A program made the position numbers and the translations under genes. This document shows, piece by piece, positions 7,794 through 15,185 of a stretch of 17,040 bases of DNA. Source of the DNA: Bdellovibrionota bacterium (GTDB taxonomy: Bacteria; Bdellovibrionota_C; UBA2361); assembly GCA_044352465.1 (NCBI GenBank), contig JBILDU010000067.1:1-17040 (forward strand). Direction: 5' to 3'. Within the stretch, counting starts at the first letter, position 1; every line of letters starts with the position of its first letter. The notes under the pieces were generated by a model, which saw only the letters and a list, made by a program, of their open reading frames with translations, did no database searches and had not been told where the DNA came from.

Positions 7794-8477
7794 CTAGCGG
7801 ACTTCAACCGTTGAGCCTATCTCCAATACCGCGTAAAGCTCCTCCAATACCCCGTCCGCGAGCTTTACCCCCCCGAGCTCTGCGGACCAGATCGGGCCGT
7901 TGTGGAGCGGTGTGTTCTTATCAAGGAAGATGGCGCGTTCGCCGAGTGCGCCCCGGCGGAAGCGGGCTCTATCGCCCTCTGGGGGAACCGACAGCCCGCG
8001 CGCCTCGAAATACGAGTCCGGAGCATACCAAAGTGGGGACTCCTGCTTATGAGCTATCGAGTAGGTTCCCGGGGTGAGTGACCGCAGGCCCTCTCCGGTC
8101 AATTCTTTAAGTATCGTTTGGCCCGACATTAAGCTTACGGTTTGACGAGCCGTATCGATTGAGAGCCAGGCGGCTACTTGGGTCGGGGGGAGCGGCATAA
8201 ATCCAAGCATCGAGCTTGAGTCGAGGGCTACTGCAGGGAGCGTCTCGTTTTCCCCCCTTGGACTGCGTAGGGCCAAGGTTGAAGCCACCGGCGGGACCGG
8301 GCGAGCGATGGCGAGTAGCCCGTCTTGAATCCAGGCAAGTTCGGGAGGTTGGTCTGTTTGGGGTGCCTCTGAGAAAATCGCACTACAACCGGAGAGCGCA
8401 CCCGCAAGGGAGAGCGTCGTTGAGGCTATGAAAAGTCTGCGGGTCGCGAGCTTTCCGGTGGTGTCCTTGCCTCTCAT
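7794..8477 (-). CDS. Tat-exported lipoprotein with an L,D-transpeptidase (YkuD)-like domain lacking the catalytic Cys
   Basis: TRRLFI twin-arginine motif and LSGC lipobox. YkuD features: LSIDTARQTVSL, TPGTYSIAHKQESPLWYAP, GALG, PLH and a C-terminal IGSTVEV. SD AGGGAGG precedes ATG 8477. Confidence 0.78.
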   Translation of the reverse strand: MRGKDTTGKLATRRLFIASTTLSLAGALSGCSAIFSEAPQTDQPPELAWIQDGLLAIARPVPPVASTLALRSPRGENETLPAVALDSSSMLGFMPLPPTQVAAWLSIDTARQTVSLMSGQTILKELTGEGLRSLTPGTYSIAHKQESPLWYAPDSYFEARGLSVPPEGDRARFRRGALGERAIFLDKNTPLHNGPIWSAELGGVKLADGVLEELYAVLEIGSTVEVR

Positions 8478-8767
8478 CGTGGGTTCCCTCCCTTTAGAAA
8501 ACACCAAGCTACCGCTGGCGCACTTTATGCTAGCTCGCTTGGTATCTCGTACTGACGTCGTTATTCGCGCCCTTACCCCTTAATTTTTCGCCTTTACTTT
8601 GGTGCAGGCGAAGAATTATTGAGTTGGTTTAGGCGGATAGTTCGCCAAAGGTACGGTACCCCCCCGGCTGACCCCTCGCAACGGGGTATTTTTGCCCCCC
8701 CCCATAAGTGGTTTTAGGGCGGCAACCCCCCTGTTCCTCCTCGTTGAATTGGAGTAGGTGTGAATCG

Positions 8768-9646
8768 ATGTTAAGTTTAGCCTGCGATAGTCCGGTAAAG
8801 CCCTATAAGGAATGGGCCCTTGCGAGCGCCGCGTTCCGCGCCTGTTTTGTCGGCTTTTTTTCCTTGGGCCTTATTGCTTGTTCCTTTGTCCCCGTTCGAA
8901 CTCCCGTGGATGTTCCTGCGCCGAGGGTTGAGGAGGGGGATGCGCAGGTCGCGCGCTACCGCGAGGGGCGAGGTGAGGGGGCAGCGCACGAGGTGCCCCG
9001 TTTGCCCGAACCTGATCTTACTCTCCGACCAGAGGTCGAGCGCCAGTTAGCCCGGTTTAAGAAGGGGCGTCGTTTTATCGAGCAATCGCTCCTGCGGCGC
9101 GAGGAGTATCTTCCGGTCATCCGCGAAATATTTGCCGAGGAGGGAGTTCCGGAGGACCTTATCAACGTCGCGCTCATCGAGAGTGGCTTCAATTCTAATG
9201 CCCGGAGCTACGCCGGTGCGGTGGGAATGTGGCAGTTCATGAAGGCGACGGGTCGGAGTTACGGCCTTGAAGTTTCAAAGAAGGTGGATGAGCGCAAAGA
9301 TGTCGTCGACTCGACTATAGCGGCGGCGCGTCACCTGCGTGATTTGTACGGGATCTTCGGGGATTGGTATCTTGCCCTCGCGGCGTATAACGCTGGAGTC
9401 GGCGGAGTTTCGCGAGCTATCACCCGTGCGGGGTCGGATGATTTTTGGATGGTAGCGAAGAAAGGGCGGTTGAAACAGCAGACGATCGATTATGTTCCGC
9501 GATTTATAGCGGCGACTATAATTGTCAACGACCTTGGGGGCCACGGATTCGAGAAATTGGCCCAGAATCTGGAGAATATGAGAGTTGCAAACAATGGATC
9601 AATTACGGGAGACCCCACCGCGCGAGCTTCGTATCGGGCTCGGTAA
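8768..9646 (+). CDS. Lytic transglycosylase, SLT/MltD-like catalytic domain without LysM, probably a lipoprotein
   Basis: ALIESGF (catalytic Glu), AGAVGMWQFM, DERKD, WYLALAAYNAG and QTIDYVPRF; lipobox-like LIAC. Start is uncertain (ATG 8768 after GGAG/AGGTG, or GTG 8708). Confidence 0.93.
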   Translation: MLSLACDSPVKPYKEWALASAAFRACFVGFFSLGLIACSFVPVRTPVDVPAPRVEEGDAQVARYREGRGEGAAHEVPRLPEPDLTLRPEVERQLARFKKGRRFIEQSLLRREEYLPVIREIFAEEGVPEDLINVALIESGFNSNARSYAGAVGMWQFMKATGRSYGLEVSKKVDERKDVVDSTIAAARHLRDLYGIFGDWYLALAAYNAGVGGVSRAITRAGSDDFWMVAKKGRLKQQTIDYVPRFIAATIIVNDLGGHGFEKLAQNLENMRVANNGSITGDPTARASYRAR

Positions 9647-10106
9647 CGATGTCCATGAGTTGGTGGAGGGGCGCCCACTTGTTTTAGGCGGGGTCACCAT
9701 ACCCCACTCGCATGGGCTTGCCGGTCACTCTGATGCTGACGCGCTCCTGCACGCGGTGTGCGACGCCATCCTGGGTGCCACGGGGCGAGGTGATATCGGC
9801 ACCCGCTTTCCGAATACCGACCCCAGGTGGAAGGGGGCTGATAGCAAGAAGCTCCTCGCCTCGGTCTGGGAGGATGTTTCGCGCGAGGGGTGGGGATTGG
9901 TAAACTTGGACACCACGGTGCTCGCCGAGGCACCGAAGCTCTCTCCTCATATTCCCGCCATGAAGCGTTGTATCGGAGAGGTGCTCGGAGTTTCTCCTGA
10001 TCGAGTCGGCATTAAGGCAACGACCTCTGAAGGGCTCGGTTTCGTGGGTCGTAAGGAGGGGATTATGGCCTCGGCGGTGGTGCTTCTTGCGCGCGGGGGA
10101 GCGTAG
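9594..10106 (+). CDS. ispF: 2-C-methyl-D-erythritol 2,4-cyclodiphosphate synthase
   Basis: Motifs RIGLGNDVH, LGGV, GHSDADALLHA, GDIG..FP and IKATTSEGLGFVGRKEG. Start uncertain (ATG 9594 or TTG 9585). Confidence 0.97.
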   Translation: MDQLRETPPRELRIGLGNDVHELVEGRPLVLGGVTIPHSHGLAGHSDADALLHAVCDAILGATGRGDIGTRFPNTDPRWKGADSKKLLASVWEDVSREGWGLVNLDTTVLAEAPKLSPHIPAMKRCIGEVLGVSPDRVGIKATTSEGLGFVGRKEGIMASAVVLLARGGA

Positions 10107-10188
10107 TTTGTAGGGCGTCGCCCTCAACCGCGAACTTTGAAGGTGTATCAAAAAATCGGTCGTCCCCTGCAAGCGCGGTTCCGATTGC

Positions 10189-10845
10189 TCATCGGGGAGG
10201 CGAGCCGACGGAAAATCCAAACATCTGTGCCTCTGTGATGAGGCGCTCCGAGAAAGAGAGGTTGCCGCGGTTGGTCAAGATCTGGCCTTGGGCGATTGCA
10301 TTGATGACCCAGGGATATAAAACATGCTCTCGTTCCAGAACCTTTGCGCCGAGCGATTCGGCGGTGTCGTTGGCGTCAACCCGTACTGCCGCCTGGGCGA
10401 TAATCGCTCCACTGTCAAGGCCGCTATCTACGAGGTGTGCCGTACATCCGTGTACGCGTTCACCGGCAGCCAGGGCTCGTGCGTGGGTGTCGAGCCCGAC
10501 GAATTTGGGAAGGAGTGAGGGGTGTATATTGACGATGCGGTCCTGAAAAATGTCGACAAATGTCGGTGGCAAGATCTGCATAAAGCCTGCGAGGACCACG
10601 AGGTCCGGCCTGGCGCTTCGAACAGCCTCTAAGATCGCCTCCTTTTGTTCGTCGAGCGATCGGTACTCATCGCGGGTGATCACGCTTGTTGGAATGCCGC
10701 GGGCAGCCGCGATAGCTAGACCGGGTGCGGCGCTTTTGTTGGAGATTACCTGAGCGATCTTGTAATGTTGCGCTGCCTCGATGAGGCTTTTAAGATTCGT
10801 TCCGCGTCCCGATATGAGCACGACGATTCTAAAGTCGGTTGACAT
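10189..10845 (-). CDS. purN: Phosphoribosylglycinamide formyltransferase
   Basis: Motifs VLISGRGTNL, LAGFMQIL, NIHPSLLP, HGCTAHLV, LDSGAII and EH.LYP. Confidence 0.98.
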   Translation of the reverse strand: MSTDFRIVVLISGRGTNLKSLIEAAQHYKIAQVISNKSAAPGLAIAAARGIPTSVITRDEYRSLDEQKEAILEAVRSARPDLVVLAGFMQILPPTFVDIFQDRIVNIHPSLLPKFVGLDTHARALAAGERVHGCTAHLVDSGLDSGAIIAQAAVRVDANDTAESLGAKVLEREHVLYPWVINAIAQGQILTNRGNLSFSERLITEAQMFGFSVGSPPR

Positions 10846-11160
10846 GGTGGGTGAATCTAAACTTTCTACCGGTTAAATATCAGGTCGAACTCTAAACGAG
10901 GAAAGATTAAAAAGGGAGCGCGATCGATCGAAATTGAGTCGGCTGAGGCACCTTAAAAGTGGTATATCTCGTCCCAGCCCGGGGAGCATGATTTCCGATC
11001 TTATTGAGGACCGAGTCCCGGGCAAAGATGCGGGGAACCCGTGTGGAGGTGACTTCCTCGTGGGCAATGTAGGCGTGATTCGGTGAAGCGATGCGGAGAC
11101 TCCGGGGGGGCGTTGCGGTCTTAAGTCGGCCGAGGTTTTTTTCGTTAGTTTTGAGTGACC

Positions 11161-11181
11161 TATAATGAACGTTTGCGGAGG
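11161..11181 (+). promoter_or_regulatory. -10 box and ribosome binding site of the 11190 gene
   Basis: Perfect TATAAT at 11161-11166 and GGAGG at 11177-11181, 8 nt before the ATG. No convincing -35 box. Confidence 0.5.
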
Positions 11182-11189
11182 CTTCGTGT

Positions 11190-11552
11190 ATGCATAGTTA
11201 TCTTCGGCGTAGGTTGATCCTGCTTGCGTTTATTGGAGGCGGTGGCCTGTTGCTCGTCGCTCGGCCGCTGCGCGCGGATGGAAGTGGCGAGGGCGTTCCT
11301 CACCCCGGTGCACGTCCGCCGGCTTTTGCCACCCCTGGTTCCGATGCAAGTTTCGACCGGCGGCTCCCTCCGGTTCTCCCGGGGGAGGAGGTGAGCGACG
11401 GGAAGAATAGAATGAAGATGTGGTCGACTTCCGGGCCCGTCCCCGTGGCTCCGGCCCCGGAGCCTTGGAAGCAGTCGATAGAGGAGCGGAATGGAGTTTT
11501 GGGGAGCGGTGTTGGGGTGATCGTTGACCAGCGCAACGATCGACGCCGATAA
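11190..11552 (+). CDS. Small Pro-rich secreted hypothetical protein
   Basis: Good SD. A basic N-terminus (RRR), hydrophobic stretch and LRA-D cleavage-like site suggest a signal peptide. No family recognised. Confidence 0.65.
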   Translation: MHSYLRRRLILLAFIGGGGLLLVARPLRADGSGEGVPHPGARPPAFATPGSDASFDRRLPPVLPGEEVSDGKNRMKMWSTSGPVPVAPAPEPWKQSIEERNGVLGSGVGVIVDQRNDRRR

Positions 11553-11746
11553 GGCGCTTTGAGTACAGCTCTGTCTTTCGCCCTAGGAGAGCCAAAAAGC
11601 TAGTGTTGGTTTCGAGCAAACGATGTCAAAGTAATTGGAATTTCCGATCGGAGGTGCCGAATTCGTCGACGGGTAAATTTCGACGCGTTAGCTCCCTCCC
11701 CGATGGTATGAGAAAACTTAGTGGTCGGAGCACTCGGAGCGTAATT

Positions 11747-12271
11747 ATGCGAAGGCTAATCGCTGTATTCATTTGGGGGATCACTCTCACTGTGGCTACC
11801 GGCTTCGGTGTGGGGCATGCCGTAGCAGCTCCGGAGGCTCCGGTCGCAAAAGAACTTCCCCAGAGCGGGGACCTCGCGGCCTCCCTTTCGGGTGGCTCCG
11901 GTCGTCGTCAACTGGAGGAGCCGTGGGGGGGGGTTGATGAGCGCGGTGAGGACCGCTCTCCGATTACCGGCTCCATCTCGAAGCGGGGAACCCGCGAGTG
12001 GGTCATGCGGGTATTCAATAATTCAGCCGAGCCTTATTCCGTTCAACTTCAAGTCAACATGTTTGGTCGCACCGGTGGCAAGACGAAGAGCGATACGTTC
12101 TCTTACACGTTGAAACCGCAGAGTTCGGTTGAGCGAACTCTCGTCGCTCCGACCGGTACTGAGGAAGCTCGCCTGTCGCTGCTCGGATGGAAAAATTTGG
12201 CACCCAAGGTTCAAAAAGACGGGACTACAGCCCGAGGGGGCTCATCGAGCAATACGGGGAAAGCGCCCTAG
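11747..12271 (+). CDS. Secreted hypothetical protein with a beta-sandwich-like domain
   Basis: GGAG SD before ATG 11747. Signal peptide MRRLIAVFIWGITLTVATG..AVA-A. Alternating beta-strand pattern (VFNNSAEPYSVQLQVNMF, YTLKPQSSVER) resembles FxLYD/Ig-like domains. Confidence 0.7.
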   Translation: MRRLIAVFIWGITLTVATGFGVGHAVAAPEAPVAKELPQSGDLAASLSGGSGRRQLEEPWGGVDERGEDRSPITGSISKRGTREWVMRVFNNSAEPYSVQLQVNMFGRTGGKTKSDTFSYTLKPQSSVERTLVAPTGTEEARLSLLGWKNLAPKVQKDGTTARGGSSSNTGKAP

Positions 12272-12345
12272 TTCTTCCCTGTTTTCTTTCAGCGCCGTTT
12301 TTTAAGCTTTGTGGTCATCCCGCTCGGTTGCTGTCTATGGCTGCC

Positions 12346-12374
12346 TTGATTTGTTGGGGCGGCCTCGCTAATTT
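12346..12374 (+). promoter_or_regulatory. Putative sigma70 promoter giving a near-leaderless mrp transcript
   Basis: TTGATT-N17-TAATTT-N8-ATG. Confidence 0.45.
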
Positions 12375-12382
12375 GGCGGGGT

Positions 12383-13165
12383 ATGAAACATATTGTTCCG
12401 ATCATTTCAGGTAAGGGTGGGGTTGGGAAGTCAACCGTGGCAGCTAATCTTGCGGTGGCGCTCGCTAATACCGGGGCCAAGGTCGCTCTCATCGATGGGG
12501 ATTTTTATGGGCCGAGTGTGCCTACCCTTTTCGGTGGTGGTAGCGTGGTTCAAGATCATGAGGGGCGCCTTGTTCCGCCGGTAAAGTTCGGGGTGAAGTA
12601 CATCTCGCTCGGGTTTTTTCTGCAGAACCCAGATGATGCCGTCATCTGGCGGGGCCCGATGTTCAATAAAGCGCTCAATCAATTGTTCAACGATGTGAGC
12701 TGGGGCGAGGTGGATTACTGCATCGTTGATATGCCGCCTGGAACCGGGGATGCTCAGATATCGCTTTCGCAGCTCGTCAAGCTCGCCGGCGCGGTTGTCG
12801 TTACGACGCCCCAAGAGGTGGCTCTCGCGGACGTTCGGAAGGCGATGAATATGCTCCGAAAAGTGAACGTCGAGATACTCGGAGTCGTCGAGAATATGTC
12901 CGGTTTCATCGCACCCGATGGTCAACGCTACGATATATTCGGCTCGGGGGGTGGTGCGCGCACCGCCGACGCTTTTGAGGTGCCTCTTCTTGCCACCATC
13001 CCAATAGATCCGCGGGTGCGAGAGGGGGGGGACCAGGGGGTTCCGATCGCTGCCGCCGAGGTGAATAATCCAGTGCACGGAATATTTAGCGAGCTAGCGT
13101 TGAAATTAATCTCCGTTCTTGATAAGAATCTTCAATCGCAGCCAACGCTCAACGTTATCAATTAA
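12383..13165 (+). CDS. mrp: Mrp/ApbC/NBP35-family P-loop ATPase lacking the CXXC motif and the N-terminal DUF59 domain
   Basis: Motifs SGKGGVGKST, DGDFYGPS, VIWRGPM, DMPPGTGD, VTTPQ and GVVENMS..IFG.GG. Confidence 0.95.
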   Translation: MKHIVPIISGKGGVGKSTVAANLAVALANTGAKVALIDGDFYGPSVPTLFGGGSVVQDHEGRLVPPVKFGVKYISLGFFLQNPDDAVIWRGPMFNKALNQLFNDVSWGEVDYCIVDMPPGTGDAQISLSQLVKLAGAVVVTTPQEVALADVRKAMNMLRKVNVEILGVVENMSGFIAPDGQRYDIFGSGGGARTADAFEVPLLATIPIDPRVREGGDQGVPIAAAEVNNPVHGIFSELALKLISVLDKNLQSQPTLNVIN

Positions 13166-13241
13166 TTACCAGGTAAGGTTAATTTCCGAGCAATGGTATT
13201 GTTGAGTTGAGAACGGCTCGATTCCTCTAAAGGAAACTACG

Positions 13242-13655
13242 GTGTTTACGTTTGTCCTAATCCTTCATGGTTTGCTTTGCGTGGCTATAATCGGCCTCGT
13301 CTTGCTTCAACAAGGGAAGGGCGCGAGCGTCGGAGTGAGCTTTGGGGGGGGCAGCAATACGCTGTTCGGCGCTTCGGGGGCTGGTAACGTGCTCACCAAG
13401 GCAACGACGACTGCGGCTGTCTTGTTGATGATAACTTCGCTCGTACTCATTAAGATGTACGCTGGGGGGGGCTCCGCAAGAACCGGGGCTCCGATAGATC
13501 CCCTCAAGGGGTCGGTGATGGAGCGTTCCGCTGGAGAGGCGGGAGCTGCTACCCAGTCGAGTGAGCCGAAGCCAGTCGAACCGGTGCCCGCAGCACCGGT
13601 GGAATCGGCTCCTGCTCCAGTTGCTAACCCCTCGGGAAGCGCCGGCTCAAAGTAG
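13242..13655 (+). CDS. secG: Preprotein translocase subunit SecG
   Basis: LVLLQQGKGASVGVSFGGGSNTLFGASGAGNVLTKAT with two TM helices. GTG start after AAGGA. Followed by tRNA-Leu, as in the conserved secG-leuU arrangement. Confidence 0.97.
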   Translation: MFTFVLILHGLLCVAIIGLVLLQQGKGASVGVSFGGGSNTLFGASGAGNVLTKATTTAAVLLMITSLVLIKMYAGGGSARTGAPIDPLKGSVMERSAGEAGAATQSSEPKPVEPVPAAPVESAPAPVANPSGSAGSK

Positions 13656-13691
13656 ACGGTGATTTGCTGAGACGGTGGGCGAAGACGATGT

Positions 13692-13774
13692 GCCCAGATG
13701 GTGGAATGGTAGACACGCCAGCTTGAGGGGCTGGTGGACGCAAGTCCGTGGAGGTTCAAGTCCTCTTCTGGGCA
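13692..13774 (+). tRNA. tRNA-Leu(GAG), CCA end not encoded
   Basis: Acceptor stem GCCCAGA/TCTGGGC plus A; D-loop GGAATGGTAGAC; anticodon arm CCAGC-TTGAGGG-GCTGG; long variable arm GGAC-GCAA-GTCC; T arm GGAGG-TTCAAGT-CCTCT. Confidence 0.98.
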
Positions 13775-13948
13775 TTCCCTTTATCTCTTCCCATAATCTC
13801 CTCTTTTTATGTCTGTCTTTTATCTCAGTCTTTTATATCTTCCCTTGATCTGTTCCTAGCCTTTTCGCTTCTTAATCTTACCTCCATCTAAGCCCTCTCT
13901 TTAAATCCTATTTTCTCCTCTTTCTCATCTCTCTAGAACCTATTCCCC
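13775..13948 (+). other. Pyrimidine-rich, G-depleted low-complexity tract
   Basis: By my count only 9 G in 174 nt on the + strand, with recurring ATCT/TTATCTC words. Confidence 0.85.
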
Positions 13949-13988
13949 GCGATACGTCGCTGCCTCCATCAGGCGCTACCTGCGCTAA

Positions 13989-14053
13989 CTGTACCGGGGC
14001 TACTTTTCTATCTGTACCGGGGCTACTTTCGCTACCTGTACCGGGGCTACTTT
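13989..14053 (+). repeat. Three direct repeats of CTGTACCGGGGCTACTTT
   Basis: Identical 18-mers at 13989-14006, 14012-14029 and 14036-14053 (periods 23 and 24 nt), each preceded by CTA+N. Confidence 0.95.
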
Positions 14054-14106
14054 TTTAAGCCGGTACGCAACTTCTATGGCTTAGTCTCGATTAAAGCTAC
14101 ATGTCG

Positions 14107-14150
14107 GAGAACGACGTGGGGATATGCTCCGCCCGGGGGCGTTCTCTTTT
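14107..14150 (+). terminator. Possible terminator-like hairpin
   Basis: GAGAACG (14107-14113) pairs with CGTTCTC (14140-14146), followed by TTTT. The large internal region is atypical. Confidence 0.3.
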
Positions 14151-14312
14151 GCTTGCTTCGTGGAGAGGAGAAGCTATTGCTCCATGTTAAGCCGCTGTGC
14201 GAGGCGATCAGCAAGGGCTGCCTTGCGCGGGCGCTGGAGCTACTCCGGGTTTATCAAACTGCCAGGTCTCCAAGATTTTTCACCTTGGCGGGCTTCGTGC
14301 AGGCATGCCCTC

Positions 14313-15176
14313 TTACTTCGGAGGCATCGCCTTCAGCTCTTTGAGTAGTCCAAGGGGAACTCTGATCCTCTTACCGCGCGGAAGAGCGTCGGCTGCGTTA
14401 ACAGTGTTTAGCTCCGCCACCGCCTTGGCGTTCGCTGCCGAGCCGGTATACCAAGCTGCTATCGCGGAGATCGTCTCGTTATCTCCACCAATCGTATGAA
14501 TAACGTCGCCGTTCTCAGCCCGTTCGGCGAAACCTTGCGACATCAATATAGCCTGCTGGTCCGAGTTCAGCGGCTTAAAAGCTTTGGGGTCAACGGCGGC
14601 AGGGGCCTTTGTCGGCGCCTTTAACGGGGGGCGTTTCACCGGAGTCTTGGTTGGGATCGGCGTTGGGGTCGGGACCCGTGGCTTTAAGATCGGTCCTGGC
14701 GGGACCGGCGGTCCAGGTTTTCGAAAGCGAACCGGTTTGCCATCCACCAATAGGACTGGGGCACCTTGCATCGCTCCCTCGAGTGCAGCGAGGGAGCGAT
14801 AGTCTCGTCGCTCGATACCAAATGGTCCTTTAATGATCCATTGGTGTGATTTCTCTCCCACGACGACATCGGCAGCATACACCTCCCGATCGGCTGGGTA
14901 GAACATCACCACTCGCGTTGGCTTGAAAGACTCCTGAATCACCTCGATCGCGCTTGGAGCCCCCCGGCCTCGAAGAAAATTGAGAAGGTAGGGACTCTTC
15001 GACATCTCATCGGAGAGGTAAAGGTTCGAACCGACATACGGGTTATTTGTACTGAGCGGGAGCACCCCGGTATTGGCGAGGGTCGGGAAATTGTTGGTTG
15101 GTTTAGCGCAGCCGATGCTCACCGAAAATGCGGTAGTGAGGAGAACGGAGCGGAAAAAAGAGGAAAGCTTGCTCAT
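14313..15176 (-). CDS. Lipoprotein with a Pro/Thr-rich linker and C-terminal LysM domain
   Basis: VSIGC lipobox; linker PGPPVPPGP..PTPTPIPTKTP; LysM-like HTIGGDNETISAIAAWYTG..AVAELN..LPRGKRIRVP. Confidence 0.85.
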   Translation of the reverse strand: MSKLSSFFRSVLLTTAFSVSIGCAKPTNNFPTLANTGVLPLSTNNPYVGSNLYLSDEMSKSPYLLNFLRGRGAPSAIEVIQESFKPTRVVMFYPADREVYAADVVVGEKSHQWIIKGPFGIERRDYRSLAALEGAMQGAPVLLVDGKPVRFRKPGPPVPPGPILKPRVPTPTPIPTKTPVKRPPLKAPTKAPAAVDPKAFKPLNSDQQAILMSQGFAERAENGDVIHTIGGDNETISAIAAWYTGSAANAKAVAELNTVNAADALPRGKRIRVPLGLLKELKAMPPK

Positions 15177-15185
15177 GCAATTCTA

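Noticed and set aside
10110..10124. GTAGGGCGTCGCCCT, a REP-like GTAG hairpin between convergent ispF and purN
   Set aside because: Single short copy with a tiny loop; cannot be told from chance or a weak terminator.
12338..12385. Frameshift joining ..ANLAG to MKHIV of Mrp, mimicking NLxGVKHI
   Set aside because: The upstream frame is too short for the missing domain, and a promoter-like TTGATT-N17-TAATTT explains the sequence better. Read data would settle it.
13989..14053. Repeats read as a mini CRISPR array
   Set aside because: Repeats are 18 nt, spacers 5-6 nt and similar to each other, and no cas genes are present.
13775..14100. Chromosomal oriC
   Set aside because: I saw no TTATCCACA DnaA boxes, and dnaA/dnaN/gidA are not nearby.
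13692..14312. Intact genomic island or prophage at tRNA-Leu
   Set aside because: I saw no integrase, phage genes or duplicated tRNA 3' end in the window.
14124..14348. Short + strand ORFs after the repeats
   Set aside because: No motifs, several competing frames, and overlap with the end of the LysM gene.
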